From Candidatus Latescibacterota bacterium (lineage in GTDB: Bacteria; Latescibacterota; UBA2968; UBA8231), in NCBI GenBank assembly GCA_965223905.1, contig CBDCXV010000001.1:1344001-1408000 (forward strand): DNA of 64,000 nt, in the 5' to 3' direction. Below the pieces are notes generated by a model. The model saw only the letters and a program-made list of their open reading frames with translations. It was not told the origin of the DNA and did no database searches. How positions within the stretch are numbered: position 1 is the first letter of the stretch; each line of letters starts with the position of its first letter. Shown piece by piece: positions 46,901 through 56,949 of this stretch. A program made the translations under genes and the position numbers.

Positions 46901-48016
46901 ACAATGCTTCTTAACCGGGCGGGATGGGTCTTCGACGAGGCAGAGCACCGCTATACAATAGGTCTTGTCTGTATCGCGCACGGTGTCCCCGAAGAAGAGT
47001 CGATCTATTTGCGGGGTCCCTACGCGACTCGGTCCAGTTTCGATGCTGGGGTCGTCAGGGAACCGGCGGCTTTCTACAGCGCGGACGTACGCAATTGGAA
47101 CGACAGCGCCTCATTGCCGCTCTTTCCGGATGAAAAATCGGTCAACGTATTTGCGCAACTCCGAAACGCACCTCGACTCGATATAGATGTGGATAGCCTA
47201 TGGAAAGCACGGCCGCTTCAGGGAGACTTGAACTCTACGACTCAAAAACCACTAATGGAATTCCTGGACGGAGCTGCTCCAGCCGGGCTTTGGCCGGTAT
47301 ACAAGGGGGAGTCCTTTGACCTGTGGAATCCGGATACCGGAATCTACTACGCTTGGGCAGATCCTGAACCCGTGCTCGACTGGTTTCAGCGAAAGCGGTT
47401 GAGGGCCGGTAAGAACAGTGTTCATCGGGAGTTTCCCGTAGATCATCTACGCGATAGCGGGACCCTACCATGCTGTCGACCCAGAGTGACGTTCCGTAGA
47501 ATTTCCAGAGCAACCGACTCCCGCACAGTAAGAGTGGCGCTCATACCTGCCAAGGTTTTTGCAACAGATGTAGCGCCATATTTCCTTTGGCCTCGCGGGG
47601 ACGAACTAGATCAGGCGTACCTGGTCGGAGTCCTGTCTTCAATCCCGCTCGACTGGTATGCAAGGCGGTTTGTGGAAACACATGTCGATTTTTATGTCCT
47701 AAATCCTTTTCCGATTCCACGCCCCCAGCGCCGCAAGCTACTCTGGAAGCGTGCTGTGGAAATCGGGGGGCGGCTTGCCTGCCCGGACAAGAGGTTTGTC
47801 AACTGGGCGAAAGCAGTAGGCGTCAAGTGCGGCCCTCTTGCCGCCGATGAAAAGGAGGACATGATCCACGAGCTCGACGCCGTGGTCGCCCATCTCTACG
47901 GCCTGAGCGAGCCCCAGCTCGTCCATATCTTCGAGACCTTTCACGAAGGATGGGACTATCAGGAGCGCCTCGAGGGCGTCCGCCGCCATTACCAGGAATG
48001 GAGAAGTCGTCGATGA
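43984..48016 (+). pseudogene. Type IIG/Eco57I-like N6-adenine DNA methyltransferase with target recognition domain, split by one frameshift near 45830
   Basis: First ORF: FGTIYEGLLE, RKSSGSYYTK, motif I DIAMGSGHFL. Second ORF: IYGVDLN, HNLVHGNSLVG, motif IV GNPPW. Removing one base in GACAAATCTC joins the two frames. Confidence 0.85.
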
Positions 48017-49161
48017 CCCTCCGTGTCGACGTGAAGCCGGAGCTGTTTCGCTGGGCGCGCGAGCGGGCGGGGATCGAGCCGGACGCACTGGTTAAGCGGT
48101 TTCCCAAGTATCGCGAGTGGGAGAGCGGGGAAAAACAGCCGACGTTCAAACAACTCGAACAACTGGCCAAAGCGACCCATGCGCCGATCGGCTCTTTCTT
48201 CCTTTCGGAGCCGGTGCAAGAACCGGTCCCGCTGCCTGACTTGCGCACTGTCGGAAACCGGTTTGTCGGCCGGCCCAGCGTCGACCTCCTGGACACGGTG
48301 TATCTGTGTCAACAAAGGCAGGATTGGTACCGGGAAAACGCCCGCATGGAAGGGGAGGATCCGCTGAACTTCGTCGGCTCGGCAACGGTGGCGAGCGACC
48401 CCCAGTCCACTGCCGCCGGGATAAGGACGGGGTTGGGTTTCGATCTGGAGGAACGCCGAAGACTGCCGGACTGGAATGAGGCGCTCCGGCGCTTTATCGA
48501 GCTGGCCGACTCCCTTGGCGTGCTGGTGATGGTAAACGGCATAGTCGGAAACAACACCCGCCGCAAGCTCGATCCGGCGGAGTTCCGCGGCTTCGCCCTC
48601 GCCGACGACCTCGCGCCTCTCATCTTCATCAACGGCGCCGACACCAAGGCCGCGCAGATGTTCACACTGGCTCACGAACTTGCCCACATCTGGCTCGGAG
48701 AGTCTGCGCTCTCGGACCTGGACCCGGGCTCGGCACCATCTCACGAGATAGAGGTGTGGTGCAACCGCGTCGCCGCTGAGCTTCTCGTTCCCCAGACGAC
48801 GCTATGGGATGCATATCGAGAGGGGGAGGATCTGCCAACTCAGCTGAACCGGCTGGCCCGCTACTTCAAGGTGAGCACCCTTGTCGTTCTTCGCCGGATT
48901 TTCGACATCGGCGCAATCGACCGCGGCGAGTTCGCTGTTGCCTACCAGCAAGAGCTGGATCGCATACTGTCCATAACAACGGCAGGCGGCGGCAACTTCC
49001 ATCCGACTCTGAAGGGGCGTGTAGGCCTACGGTTCGGGCGCGCACTTGTCACTAGCACCTTGGGGGGAAGGACTTCTTTCTCCGAGTCCTTCCGTCTTCT
49101 GGGTATCAAGAAGACAGCGACGCTGCGCGAGTTTGCGGCAAGCCTGCAAGTGGGTTCTTGA
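48013..49161 (+). CDS. XRE-HTH plus ImmA/IrrE zinc metallopeptidase (antitoxin-like)
   Basis: WESGEKQPTFKQLEQLA HTH; FTLAHELAH HExxH; EVWCNRVAAELLVP; ATGA overlap with the MTase. Confidence 0.9.
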   Translation: MTLRVDVKPELFRWARERAGIEPDALVKRFPKYREWESGEKQPTFKQLEQLAKATHAPIGSFFLSEPVQEPVPLPDLRTVGNRFVGRPSVDLLDTVYLCQQRQDWYRENARMEGEDPLNFVGSATVASDPQSTAAGIRTGLGFDLEERRRLPDWNEALRRFIELADSLGVLVMVNGIVGNNTRRKLDPAEFRGFALADDLAPLIFINGADTKAAQMFTLAHELAHIWLGESALSDLDPGSAPSHEIEVWCNRVAAELLVPQTTLWDAYREGEDLPTQLNRLARYFKVSTLVVLRRIFDIGAIDRGEFAVAYQQELDRILSITTAGGGNFHPTLKGRVGLRFGRALVTSTLGGRTSFSESFRLLGIKKTATLREFAASLQVGS

Positions 49162-49656
49162 ATGGCGTATCTCCTTGACGCCGATGTTTTCATACGCGCC
49201 AAGAACCTGCACTACGGCTTCGACCTCTGTCCCGGTTTCTGGGACTGGCTGATTCAGGCCAATGCGCAGGGGCGTGTTTTCAGCATTGAGAAGGTCGGTG
49301 ACGAGATCAAGGCAGGAGACGAGGAACTTGCCGAATGGGGAAAGAAGCGCAGCGAGGGTTTCTTTCTCGCGCCGACGCCCGAGGTGCTCGAAGCACTTGG
49401 AATAGTGGCGGATTGGGCGAGCAGCCAGAACTACCAGCCCACCGCCATCGACACATTCCTTCAGGTAGCTGACTACTACCTGATTGCCCACGCACTTGCC
49501 GGCGGCTATGAGGTGGTCACCCACGAGATCCCGTCTTCGTCCAAGAAGAGGATCAAGATTCCCAACGTCTGCATTGGTCTCGGGGTCAAGTGTCCGACAC
49601 CCTTTGAAATGCTGCGCAGGGAACAGGTGCGGTTTGTTCTGGAGGCAACTTCATGA
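49162..49656 (+). CDS. DUF4411-family PIN-domain protein (toxin-like)
   Basis: YLLDADVFI, ADYYLIAHA, VVTHE, KIPNVC; abuts the peptidase stop codon. Confidence 0.88.
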   Translation: MAYLLDADVFIRAKNLHYGFDLCPGFWDWLIQANAQGRVFSIEKVGDEIKAGDEELAEWGKKRSEGFFLAPTPEVLEALGIVADWASSQNYQPTAIDTFLQVADYYLIAHALAGGYEVVTHEIPSSSKKRIKIPNVCIGLGVKCPTPFEMLRREQVRFVLEATS

Positions 49657-52600
49657 ACCGCCAGCCTTCCTTCATCGACAACCGTGACGGCAACACACTG
49701 GCACAGGCCCTGGGTACGCTACTGGGTGTTCCCCCCGAGTCCCAGGTGGGGGAGCCCACCGAGAAGCCCGATCAGGTAAGCATTGCCACCGCCTTCTTCA
49801 GCCCGACCGGTTTCGCACATATCGCAGATCAACTGGAGGGAATTCCCGAGGTTCGCCTGCTGCTTGGAGCGGACCTGGCCGCGGGGGCGCTGGAGCACCG
49901 CAGGCGGCTGGACGAGACGCAGGAGTGGTTCGAACGAAGGCAGATCGAGGCTGGCTTGCGGAGCATGACCGACGGCTTGGCGCGGGATCGGGATCACCTG
50001 CAGTTCAACCGCACCAACGGTGTGGCCCTGGCCAAGCTGATCGCGGCACTGCGCGCCGGCAATTTGGAAGTGAGGCGCTACGAGAAGGCGTTCCTGCACG
50101 CCAAGGCTTACATCTTCAACTCCCAGGACGACAGCTTAAACAAGCCTGAAGGAATCATCGCCGGCTCCTCCAATTTGACGGGCGCCGGCCTGACAAAAAA
50201 CCTGGAACTCAATCTCGGCCGCTTTGACGGCCCGGTCGTTCAGGAAGCAAGGAACTGGTTCAACGATCTCTGGGAAGAGGCCGAGCCCTACGATTTGGCC
50301 GGTCTTTTCGAAGTCGTGTTCGAGCCTCGGACGCCCTGGGAGATTTTCATCCGGGTCCTGTGGCAGCTCTACGGGGATGAAGTCGAAGGGGACGCCAAAG
50401 CTGATGAGAACCTGCCGCTGACGAGCTTTCAGAAGCACGGCGTCGCCCGCGCGCTGCGGCTGATCCGCGATACCGGAGGAGTCATTGTCGCAGACGAAGT
50501 GGGTCTTGGGAAAACCTTCATCGCCGGCGAAATCCTTCAGCTCTACCGGGAACGGCGGCAGCGGGCGCTGCTCGTATGCCCGGCGGCGCTGCGGGATGGG
50601 ATGTGGATGAAGTTCCTGAACGAGTTTCAGCTATATGTCGAATACCTGTCTTTCGAGCAACTCGCAAACGACATACAGCTTCGCGACAGGCAGCGTCCGA
50701 ATGCGGACCAGGCTCATCTTCAACGTCCGCTGGACGAGTATCAGCTCGTCATCGTCGACGAGGCTCACAATTACCGCAACCCCGACGCCCCGACCCGGTC
50801 AGGCGTGTTGCGCCGCCTGCTCTTCGGGCGCAGGAGGGACCTCCTCCTTCTGACCGCAACGCCGGTCAACAACTCGCTGTGGGATTTATACCACCTGCTG
50901 CGCTTCTTCCTTCGCCAGGACGCCCACCTCGCAGGACGCGGCATTCTCTCGATCCGTGAACGCTTCGAAGAGGCCATGCGGGTGGACCCCTCCAGCCTGA
51001 GTCCCGATGTGCTTTATCCGGTCATCGACGCGACGACGGTGAAACGGACCCGGCAGTTCGTCAAAAAGCACTATGCCGGAGATACCATTACCGGCCCGGA
51101 CGGCAGGCCCCAGCCGATCGTGTTTCCCCAGCCGAGAGCGATAAGCGTCCGCTACGAGCTTGAAGACAGGTTGCCGGGCTTTTTCGATCGGTTGGAAGAG
51201 GCGCTCGATTCGGATGGGGATGGAGGTCTCTCCTTCGCACGGTACATGCCGGATGCCTGCCTTCAGGAGGGCGACGACTCCGAAAATGCGCGCGGAAGGG
51301 CCATGGTGGGGCTTTTGCGCTCAGGACTACTCAAGCGGTTCGAGTCCTCCTCCTTCGCATTCTGCAAAACCATCGACAAGATGGCTGGAGAGCACGACAC
51401 CTTCCTGCAGGCGTTGGATGCTGGACACGTCGTTACCACTGCTTTCATGCAGGAGATTTCGGGTGACGACGAAACCGTGTTCGAGGATCTGGTTAACGCC
51501 ACGGAACACAGCAGGGATGCGGAGCTCTACGATGTCGCCAGGCTTCGCGAGGCGGTAGAGCGGGACCGCGATCTGCTCCGCAGTCTCGCCGAAGAGGCGC
51601 GGTCGATTACCCCGGACCGCGATCCCAAACTGAAATCCTTGAGGGATGCGCTGGTTGTAATCGCCCAACAGGCGGAGCGCGAAGCGACGGATGGCGCCGA
51701 CGAAGCGCAAAAACGCAAGGTGCTGGTGTTCTCGTTCTTCGCGGACACTGTCGAGTGGATTCGGGACTTCCTGAGGGAGGAAGTTGAAGAGCAGGAAGGC
51801 CTTGCGCCTTACAAGAACCGCATAGTTGCGGTCAGCGGCTCGGGGGATTTGGACGAGCCATCCCGCCGGCGCGCAGTCCAGGGCTTCGCGCCGGTTTCAA
51901 TGGAGGCGCCAGCGGGACAGGACGCCGATCTCTACGACCTCATGATCGCGACGGATGTTCTGGCCGAGGGTGTAAACCTTCAGCAATGCCGGCACATCAT
52001 CAATTTCGACATGCCATGGAACCCGATGCGGCTGGTGCAGAGGCACGGTCGTATAGATCGAATCGGCAGCCCCCACAACCAGGTGTTTCTGCGAACGATC
52101 TTCCCGGTCGACCGCCTCGATGAGCTTCTGAACCTGGAAAAACGGATCCTGGGCAAACTGGCATTGGCGGCGGCGAGCGTAGGAGTTGCGGCACCGATAG
52201 AGGGCGGAGCGCACGGTGAGCAGGTATTCACCGAAGCGCGTGAAGAGATCGAGAAGCTGATGAGGGAGGATGCCTCGCTATTCGAGCGAGGAGGAAGCGC
52301 TGGCGCCGCTCAGACGGGCGAGGAGTACCGCCAGACGCTCCGCAAGGCGCTCGAGGCGAACCGGGGCCGCATTGCCCGGCTGCCCTGGAAAATCGGATCA
52401 GGCATGCTCAAGGGAACGAATCGTGGCATGTTTTTCTGCGCGGTAGTGGGAGCGGAGACCGAGTTCGAACGAACGTATCTCCGGTTCATTCCGGCAGATG
52501 GCGATTGGAGGCCGGAGGCCGGGCGCGACAAAATGGAGAGCGAGCTCGGGACCTGTCTTCGACTCATTGAATGCGATGAGGAAACGCCGACCTGGTATCC

Positions 52601-53039
52601 GGATGAGCTTCGTGAATCGGTTTATGATTTCTGGGTAGTGGCCCAATACGACATCTGGTCCAGTTGGATGCGCGAAACCGACCCCGCGAACTTGCAACCT
52701 TCGGTGCGGCCGCTGAATCATCGGGTGGCCGAGCACATCCGCACATATCAGCCCCTGAATGTGCCGGAGGATCGCGTGAACCGCGCACTCGACGTTCTGG
52801 AGTCGCCCTGGCCGCGCCGGGAGGAGATCATGCTGCGGGGGTGGTTCGAATCGGGTGAACACGAAGGCGCCACGCTTTCCCGATTCCTTATCGATCAGAT
52901 CATCGAAACCGGACTCGAACCAACAGCACCGCCGCCGCCATTACCCCCGATCGAGCAAGAGGAGATCGAGCTTCTCTGTTGGATGGGAATAGAGTGCGAA
53001 GGCAGTGGTGATTCGGGCGATGGGAATGGCGTCCCGTGA
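49653..53039 (+). CDS. PLD-nuclease domain fused to an SNF2-like SF2 helicase
   Basis: FLHAKAYI...GSSNLT (PLD); ADEVGLGKT, DEAH, TATP, QRHGRIDRIG; ATGA overlap with the PIN gene. Confidence 0.9.
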   Translation: MNRQPSFIDNRDGNTLAQALGTLLGVPPESQVGEPTEKPDQVSIATAFFSPTGFAHIADQLEGIPEVRLLLGADLAAGALEHRRRLDETQEWFERRQIEAGLRSMTDGLARDRDHLQFNRTNGVALAKLIAALRAGNLEVRRYEKAFLHAKAYIFNSQDDSLNKPEGIIAGSSNLTGAGLTKNLELNLGRFDGPVVQEARNWFNDLWEEAEPYDLAGLFEVVFEPRTPWEIFIRVLWQLYGDEVEGDAKADENLPLTSFQKHGVARALRLIRDTGGVIVADEVGLGKTFIAGEILQLYRERRQRALLVCPAALRDGMWMKFLNEFQLYVEYLSFEQLANDIQLRDRQRPNADQAHLQRPLDEYQLVIVDEAHNYRNPDAPTRSGVLRRLLFGRRRDLLLLTATPVNNSLWDLYHLLRFFLRQDAHLAGRGILSIRERFEEAMRVDPSSLSPDVLYPVIDATTVKRTRQFVKKHYAGDTITGPDGRPQPIVFPQPRAISVRYELEDRLPGFFDRLEEALDSDGDGGLSFARYMPDACLQEGDDSENARGRAMVGLLRSGLLKRFESSSFAFCKTIDKMAGEHDTFLQALDAGHVVTTAFMQEISGDDETVFEDLVNATEHSRDAELYDVARLREAVERDRDLLRSLAEEARSITPDRDPKLKSLRDALVVIAQQAEREATDGADEAQKRKVLVFSFFADTVEWIRDFLREEVEEQEGLAPYKNRIVAVSGSGDLDEPSRRRAVQGFAPVSMEAPAGQDADLYDLMIATDVLAEGVNLQQCRHIINFDMPWNPMRLVQRHGRIDRIGSPHNQVFLRTIFPVDRLDELLNLEKRILGKLALAAASVGVAAPIEGGAHGEQVFTEAREEIEKLMREDASLFERGGSAGAAQTGEEYRQTLRKALEANRGRIARLPWKIGSGMLKGTNRGMFFCAVVGAETEFERTYLRFIPADGDWRPEAGRDKMESELGTCLRLIECDEETPTWYPDELRESVYDFWVVAQYDIWSSWMRETDPANLQPSVRPLNHRVAEHIRTYQPLNVPEDRVNRALDVLESPWPRREEIMLRGWFESGEHEGATLSRFLIDQIIETGLEPTAPPPPLPPIEQEEIELLCWMGIECEGSGDSGDGNGVP

Positions 53040-53085
53040 AAACTCGGGAAGTTTGCTCCGAATTTTGAATGGATAACTGAACGAG

Positions 53086-55122
53086 ATGGCTCCCCGAAAG
53101 AAAAAGACCAAACCGAAAAAACCTGTTGATCCCTTCTCGTCCCTCAGGTGGGATGATGTAGAGAATTGGGCGGGCAGTCGCATCGTCGCCAGGGGGCAAT
53201 CCTATCTGGAAAGCCAGGCTGTCCAGGATTTGAAGCGCGCCGAAGACGGGGCGCTGGTCGCCTGGGTGCAGGGAACCCGGCGCTATGCCACCCGGGTGCG
53301 CATCGAAGAAAGGAAGAATCTGCAGTCCGAATGCACTTGTCCCTACTGGACGACGTGCAAACACGCGGTGGCCGTAGTGCTGGAATACCTGGAAAACATT
53401 AGAAACAAAACGGCCACCCGTCCGGTTGAGAAAGACGATCCACGCCTCCTGCTGTTGGATGGGATCAAGAAGGAGTTGGAGGAGCAGGATGAATTCGATC
53501 TATCCGAGGAATTCGATCTCGAGGAGTACGAGGAAGACTGGGAAGAGGAGGATAAGAACGTCGAGACCGGTACGAAGACCCCAAGGCCCGGGCAATCCCG
53601 GTCCTCTTCCCTGCGCGCGCACCTTCAAAAGCAGACCAAGGCCGAACTCGTAGCGCTGGTGGTGGAGCTCGCCGAAGCGCACGACGAGGTGCGCCGATCG
53701 CTCGAGGACCGCCGCGTCTTGGCCTCGGGGAAGACGGACAAAATTCTGCAGACGGTCCGCCGCGAGATCGCTGCCCTGGAAGAACCGGTATGGGAAGGCG
53801 ATGGCTACGGGGTGCCTGCGGCCAGTACGGATCGTCTCGAAGCGGCGCTCAAAGCGCTGGTAGAAGCCGGACAGGCCGACGCGGCGGTGCGACTGGGGCC
53901 GGAGCTTCTGGCCGCCGGCACCCGGGCGGTGGAGTACGAGCACGAGGGAGAGTCAGGCTATGCCATCAGCGCCTGCCTCAATCTCCTTTTCCAGGCCCTG
54001 GGTGCGACTGCCCTGTCGCCGGCGGACCGGATTGAATGGGCCCTGGATATGGCGCTGGCCGACGCGTACGACTTGTGTGACACCGGAATGGGAAATTTCT
54101 GGAAGAAAGGCTACGCCAGGAGCGATTGGTCCGAGGTGAGCGACCGTCTGGAGCGGCGTCTCGAAGCCGATGAGCCCACTCCCCGAGAGGATGACTATTC
54201 CTATCACTCAAATCGGGACCGCATCGCCAACTGGCTGATTACCTCCCTGGAAAATGCCGGCCGTCGGAAGGAGATCATTCCTCTGTGCGAGCGCGAGGCG
54301 CCGATCACCTTCAGTTACAATCGGCTGGTGGATCGCCTGATGGCCGGGCGCCGCTGGGAGGAGGCCCGGCGCTGGTGCCGGCAGGGGATCGAGACGGTTC
54401 CCTCAAAATATTCCGGCCTCCAGGCGAAGCTGCGCCGGCAGCTGCAGACGATCAACCAGCGCAGCGGCAATCCTCTATCCGGGCTGGCCATTCAGGCGGA
54501 GGAGTTTTTTGCCGAGCCCAGCCTTGCCGGTTTCCAGGTCCTGTGCAGGGCCGCCCGCAAGGCGCGCATCGGCAAGGGGGTCGAGGCCTGGGGGCGGCAT
54601 TACCTGGAAACCGGCCGGCGGCCTCGTGCCGGCAAAAGACGGAAGAGCGACCCCGGGATGGACTGGCCCCTGCCGGCCTGTGAAGTCGCGGTGCCTGCAC
54701 CTCCGAGGACGACTGAGGCGCCTGTGACCGGGGTGCTGATCCAGTTGGCCATAGCCGAGAAGAAGCCGAACGAGGTTCTGAAGTGGTACGATCATCCCAG
54801 CCGGAAGAAAGGTGCGCCCGGGCTGTATGGCTTCTCCCTCGAGAACGATGTGGCCAAGGCCGTCGAATCGACCCATCCGGATCGGGCGGTAGCAATCTGG
54901 AAGAAAATCGCGGAGGGACATATCGCCCGGGTACAGGCGAGTGGGTACCAGGCGGCGGTTCCCTATCTGCGCAAGGTCAGGGATGCACTCACCCGGAACC
55001 GTCGCACGCGGGAATGGGAAGAGTACCTGGCCGCCTTGAGACAGCAAAACAGCCGCAGGCCTCGATGCCTGGAGGAGCTGCGCAGGTTGGAGAGAGGGCG
55101 CCGGAGAATTGTCGACAGCTAG
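53086..55122 (+). CDS. SWIM zinc-finger protein with helical C-terminal region
   Basis: RGQSY, VQGTRRY, CTCPYWTTCKH; acidic linker. Confidence 0.85.
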   Translation: MAPRKKKTKPKKPVDPFSSLRWDDVENWAGSRIVARGQSYLESQAVQDLKRAEDGALVAWVQGTRRYATRVRIEERKNLQSECTCPYWTTCKHAVAVVLEYLENIRNKTATRPVEKDDPRLLLLDGIKKELEEQDEFDLSEEFDLEEYEEDWEEEDKNVETGTKTPRPGQSRSSSLRAHLQKQTKAELVALVVELAEAHDEVRRSLEDRRVLASGKTDKILQTVRREIAALEEPVWEGDGYGVPAASTDRLEAALKALVEAGQADAAVRLGPELLAAGTRAVEYEHEGESGYAISACLNLLFQALGATALSPADRIEWALDMALADAYDLCDTGMGNFWKKGYARSDWSEVSDRLERRLEADEPTPREDDYSYHSNRDRIANWLITSLENAGRRKEIIPLCEREAPITFSYNRLVDRLMAGRRWEEARRWCRQGIETVPSKYSGLQAKLRRQLQTINQRSGNPLSGLAIQAEEFFAEPSLAGFQVLCRAARKARIGKGVEAWGRHYLETGRRPRAGKRRKSDPGMDWPLPACEVAVPAPPRTTEAPVTGVLIQLAIAEKKPNEVLKWYDHPSRKKGAPGLYGFSLENDVAKAVESTHPDRAVAIWKKIAEGHIARVQASGYQAAVPYLRKVRDALTRNRRTREWEEYLAALRQQNSRRPRCLEELRRLERGRRRIVDS

Positions 55123-55706
55123 CCCGGTCTGAACCCCTTCCTTTCAGCCAGCTGCCGACCGCCGCCACGGCAAACTCTAAGGCGGTGGCCCTCATTTTTC
55201 CGGGCGAAAAAAACTGCCTGATCCTGTCCCGTCGGAAAAAAGTCGTCGAGGAGAACGAGCTGCCCTACGACGAATGCTGCACCCGCCTCGACGAGGCGCG
55301 GGTCGAGTTCCGCAGGTTCAATCGGAAGATCCGCGCCGGGTCGTGTAAAAGTGGATTACGGGAACAAGCAGTAGGAGCCTGTCCGGGCGTCCGCTTCGAG
55401 TGCGGGGCCTAGTCAATGAGCTGAAAATAACACAGCCAGCGGTCGCGATGGCCGCCGTAACCGAAGGAATACTCGAACACCCTGACAGGGATGACGGAGC
55501 GGAAGAGACAGGGGAGCAAGTGCGATTGCGCCGGTGACGGCGCATAGCCCAGAAGCGCGGAGGCTCCCAGTAAGTATGCGGTCGCTTCGATTCAGAACAG
55601 ATGCTTAACGTCATAGATATCGGCTGCTCCCGCGCTTTCTTCGCATCCTCTCACCCCGCCCATAAGTGGGATTGTCCCACCAGAGCTGGCGCCGGTCAAT
55701 CCATCA

Positions 55707-56771
55707 TTACTGCCCGAGATACGCTTTGAGCCCGTGTTTGACGACCGCCCTCCCTACGGACTCGCACCATGCAACGAGCGCGTCTATTTCGTGATGGTTT
55801 AACGCGCGGTTGATGGTACACTTGAGATCTCGTCCCGCAGGGGTAAACAATCCCATATCGTCGGCCTGTTTCCAAAGAGATTCGACAACATCATCGGGTG
55901 TCGCGGTCTTTCTTGCGACGCCTCCCCTGTTGTGCAACGCGGTGTGGAAGGTCTGCTTGAAAACCGAGTTGGGTGGATAGATGTAACAAATGACAACCCG
56001 CGTTCCATCGACCTCGACACCTACCGAGAAGCCTTTGGTTCCCCAGCTGATTGACATGGATTTGCTCTTCGCCAAGTCGAGGATACGAGAAAAAACGGCC
56101 TTGCCATGCTCGTCACAGGACTCTAGAAATTCAGCTTCCGTAACGACCGGTAAAGAGGCGGAAACCACCCGGCGCGGCTTTGCGTGTTCTTTGTCGACGA
56201 CGATTTCTTGAGACAGCAGACGACTGCCTTCCTGTGTTTGAAAGAAGGTGAATTCGACGCACGTAACTCTGACCCCTTTCGAACCCAAAAACGTTGCGGT
56301 CTGCCTGATCTCGGGGGTCACCCGCTGGCCAACGATTACCATGCGTTGATCCTTGTTGAACGCTACGGCCTCCGCTTCCTCCAGCTCAAAGTACTCCCGG
56401 TGGTGATCGGCGAGGCCGAGTGACTCGTCGTTTTGGTACTGCCTGAAGATGACCTCCAGCGCGTCGACATCCAGCCGTTCGGCAAAGACAGCGTATTCCA
56501 GCGCCTGAGCAACCGCGTCCCGCGGGGTGCGGTTTCGCTTCAACTCCACGACGACCACGCTTCCCTCCCGGTCAACGCCTAGCAGATCGATGAATCCCCC
56601 CATGTCGGTCTGAACCTGACGCCCGATGATCAGGATGCGCCCTTCTGCCAGAATGCCGTCAGGGTTGAACTCTAGCCACTCTTCAAGCACGGCTTCTTCA
56701 TGATCGACCTCGAATGGCAGCCGTTCATACTCGGTAAACGCACCATCTGATCCAATCCTGAAAACTCTCAT
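55707..56771 (-). CDS. NucS/DUF91-like PD-(D/E)xK endonuclease
   Basis: EAVLEEWL, IIGRQV, IDLLGVD, VVVELKR, AQALEYA. Confidence 0.82.
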   Translation of the reverse strand: MRVFRIGSDGAFTEYERLPFEVDHEEAVLEEWLEFNPDGILAEGRILIIGRQVQTDMGGFIDLLGVDREGSVVVVELKRNRTPRDAVAQALEYAVFAERLDVDALEVIFRQYQNDESLGLADHHREYFELEEAEAVAFNKDQRMVIVGQRVTPEIRQTATFLGSKGVRVTCVEFTFFQTQEGSRLLSQEIVVDKEHAKPRRVVSASLPVVTEAEFLESCDEHGKAVFSRILDLAKSKSMSISWGTKGFSVGVEVDGTRVVICYIYPPNSVFKQTFHTALHNRGGVARKTATPDDVVESLWKQADDMGLFTPAGRDLKCTINRALNHHEIDALVAWCESVGRAVVKHGLKAYLGQ

Positions 56772-56902
56772 TGTGATGGCTCCTCATGCGCAACGCTCAG
56801 GTATACCTCAACCCCCGTCCTTCTGCCTTTGGGGGAATCTCACTTATCGGTACCTTTAAATGATGGTTTTGTGCGTTTTCCGAAAGGAAAAGCACGGGTT
56901 AT

Positions 56903-56929
56903 AAAAAAACGGGACCTGGTACGGTCCCG
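56903..56929 (-). terminator. Rho-independent terminator of the DUF5777 operon
   Basis: CGGGACC / GGTCCCG stem followed by T7 on the minus strand. Confidence 0.8.
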
Positions 56930-56949
56930 GCATGTTCTTCCTTCCCTCC

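Noticed and set aside
43984-55122. Calling the operon DISARM or BREX
   Set aside because: The defining genes (drmA/drmB/drmC, pglZ, brxC) are not seen in the window.
55123-55700. Possible gene remnants between the SWIM and nuclease genes
   Set aside because: Partly coding-like but interrupted by stops; I could not assign a family.
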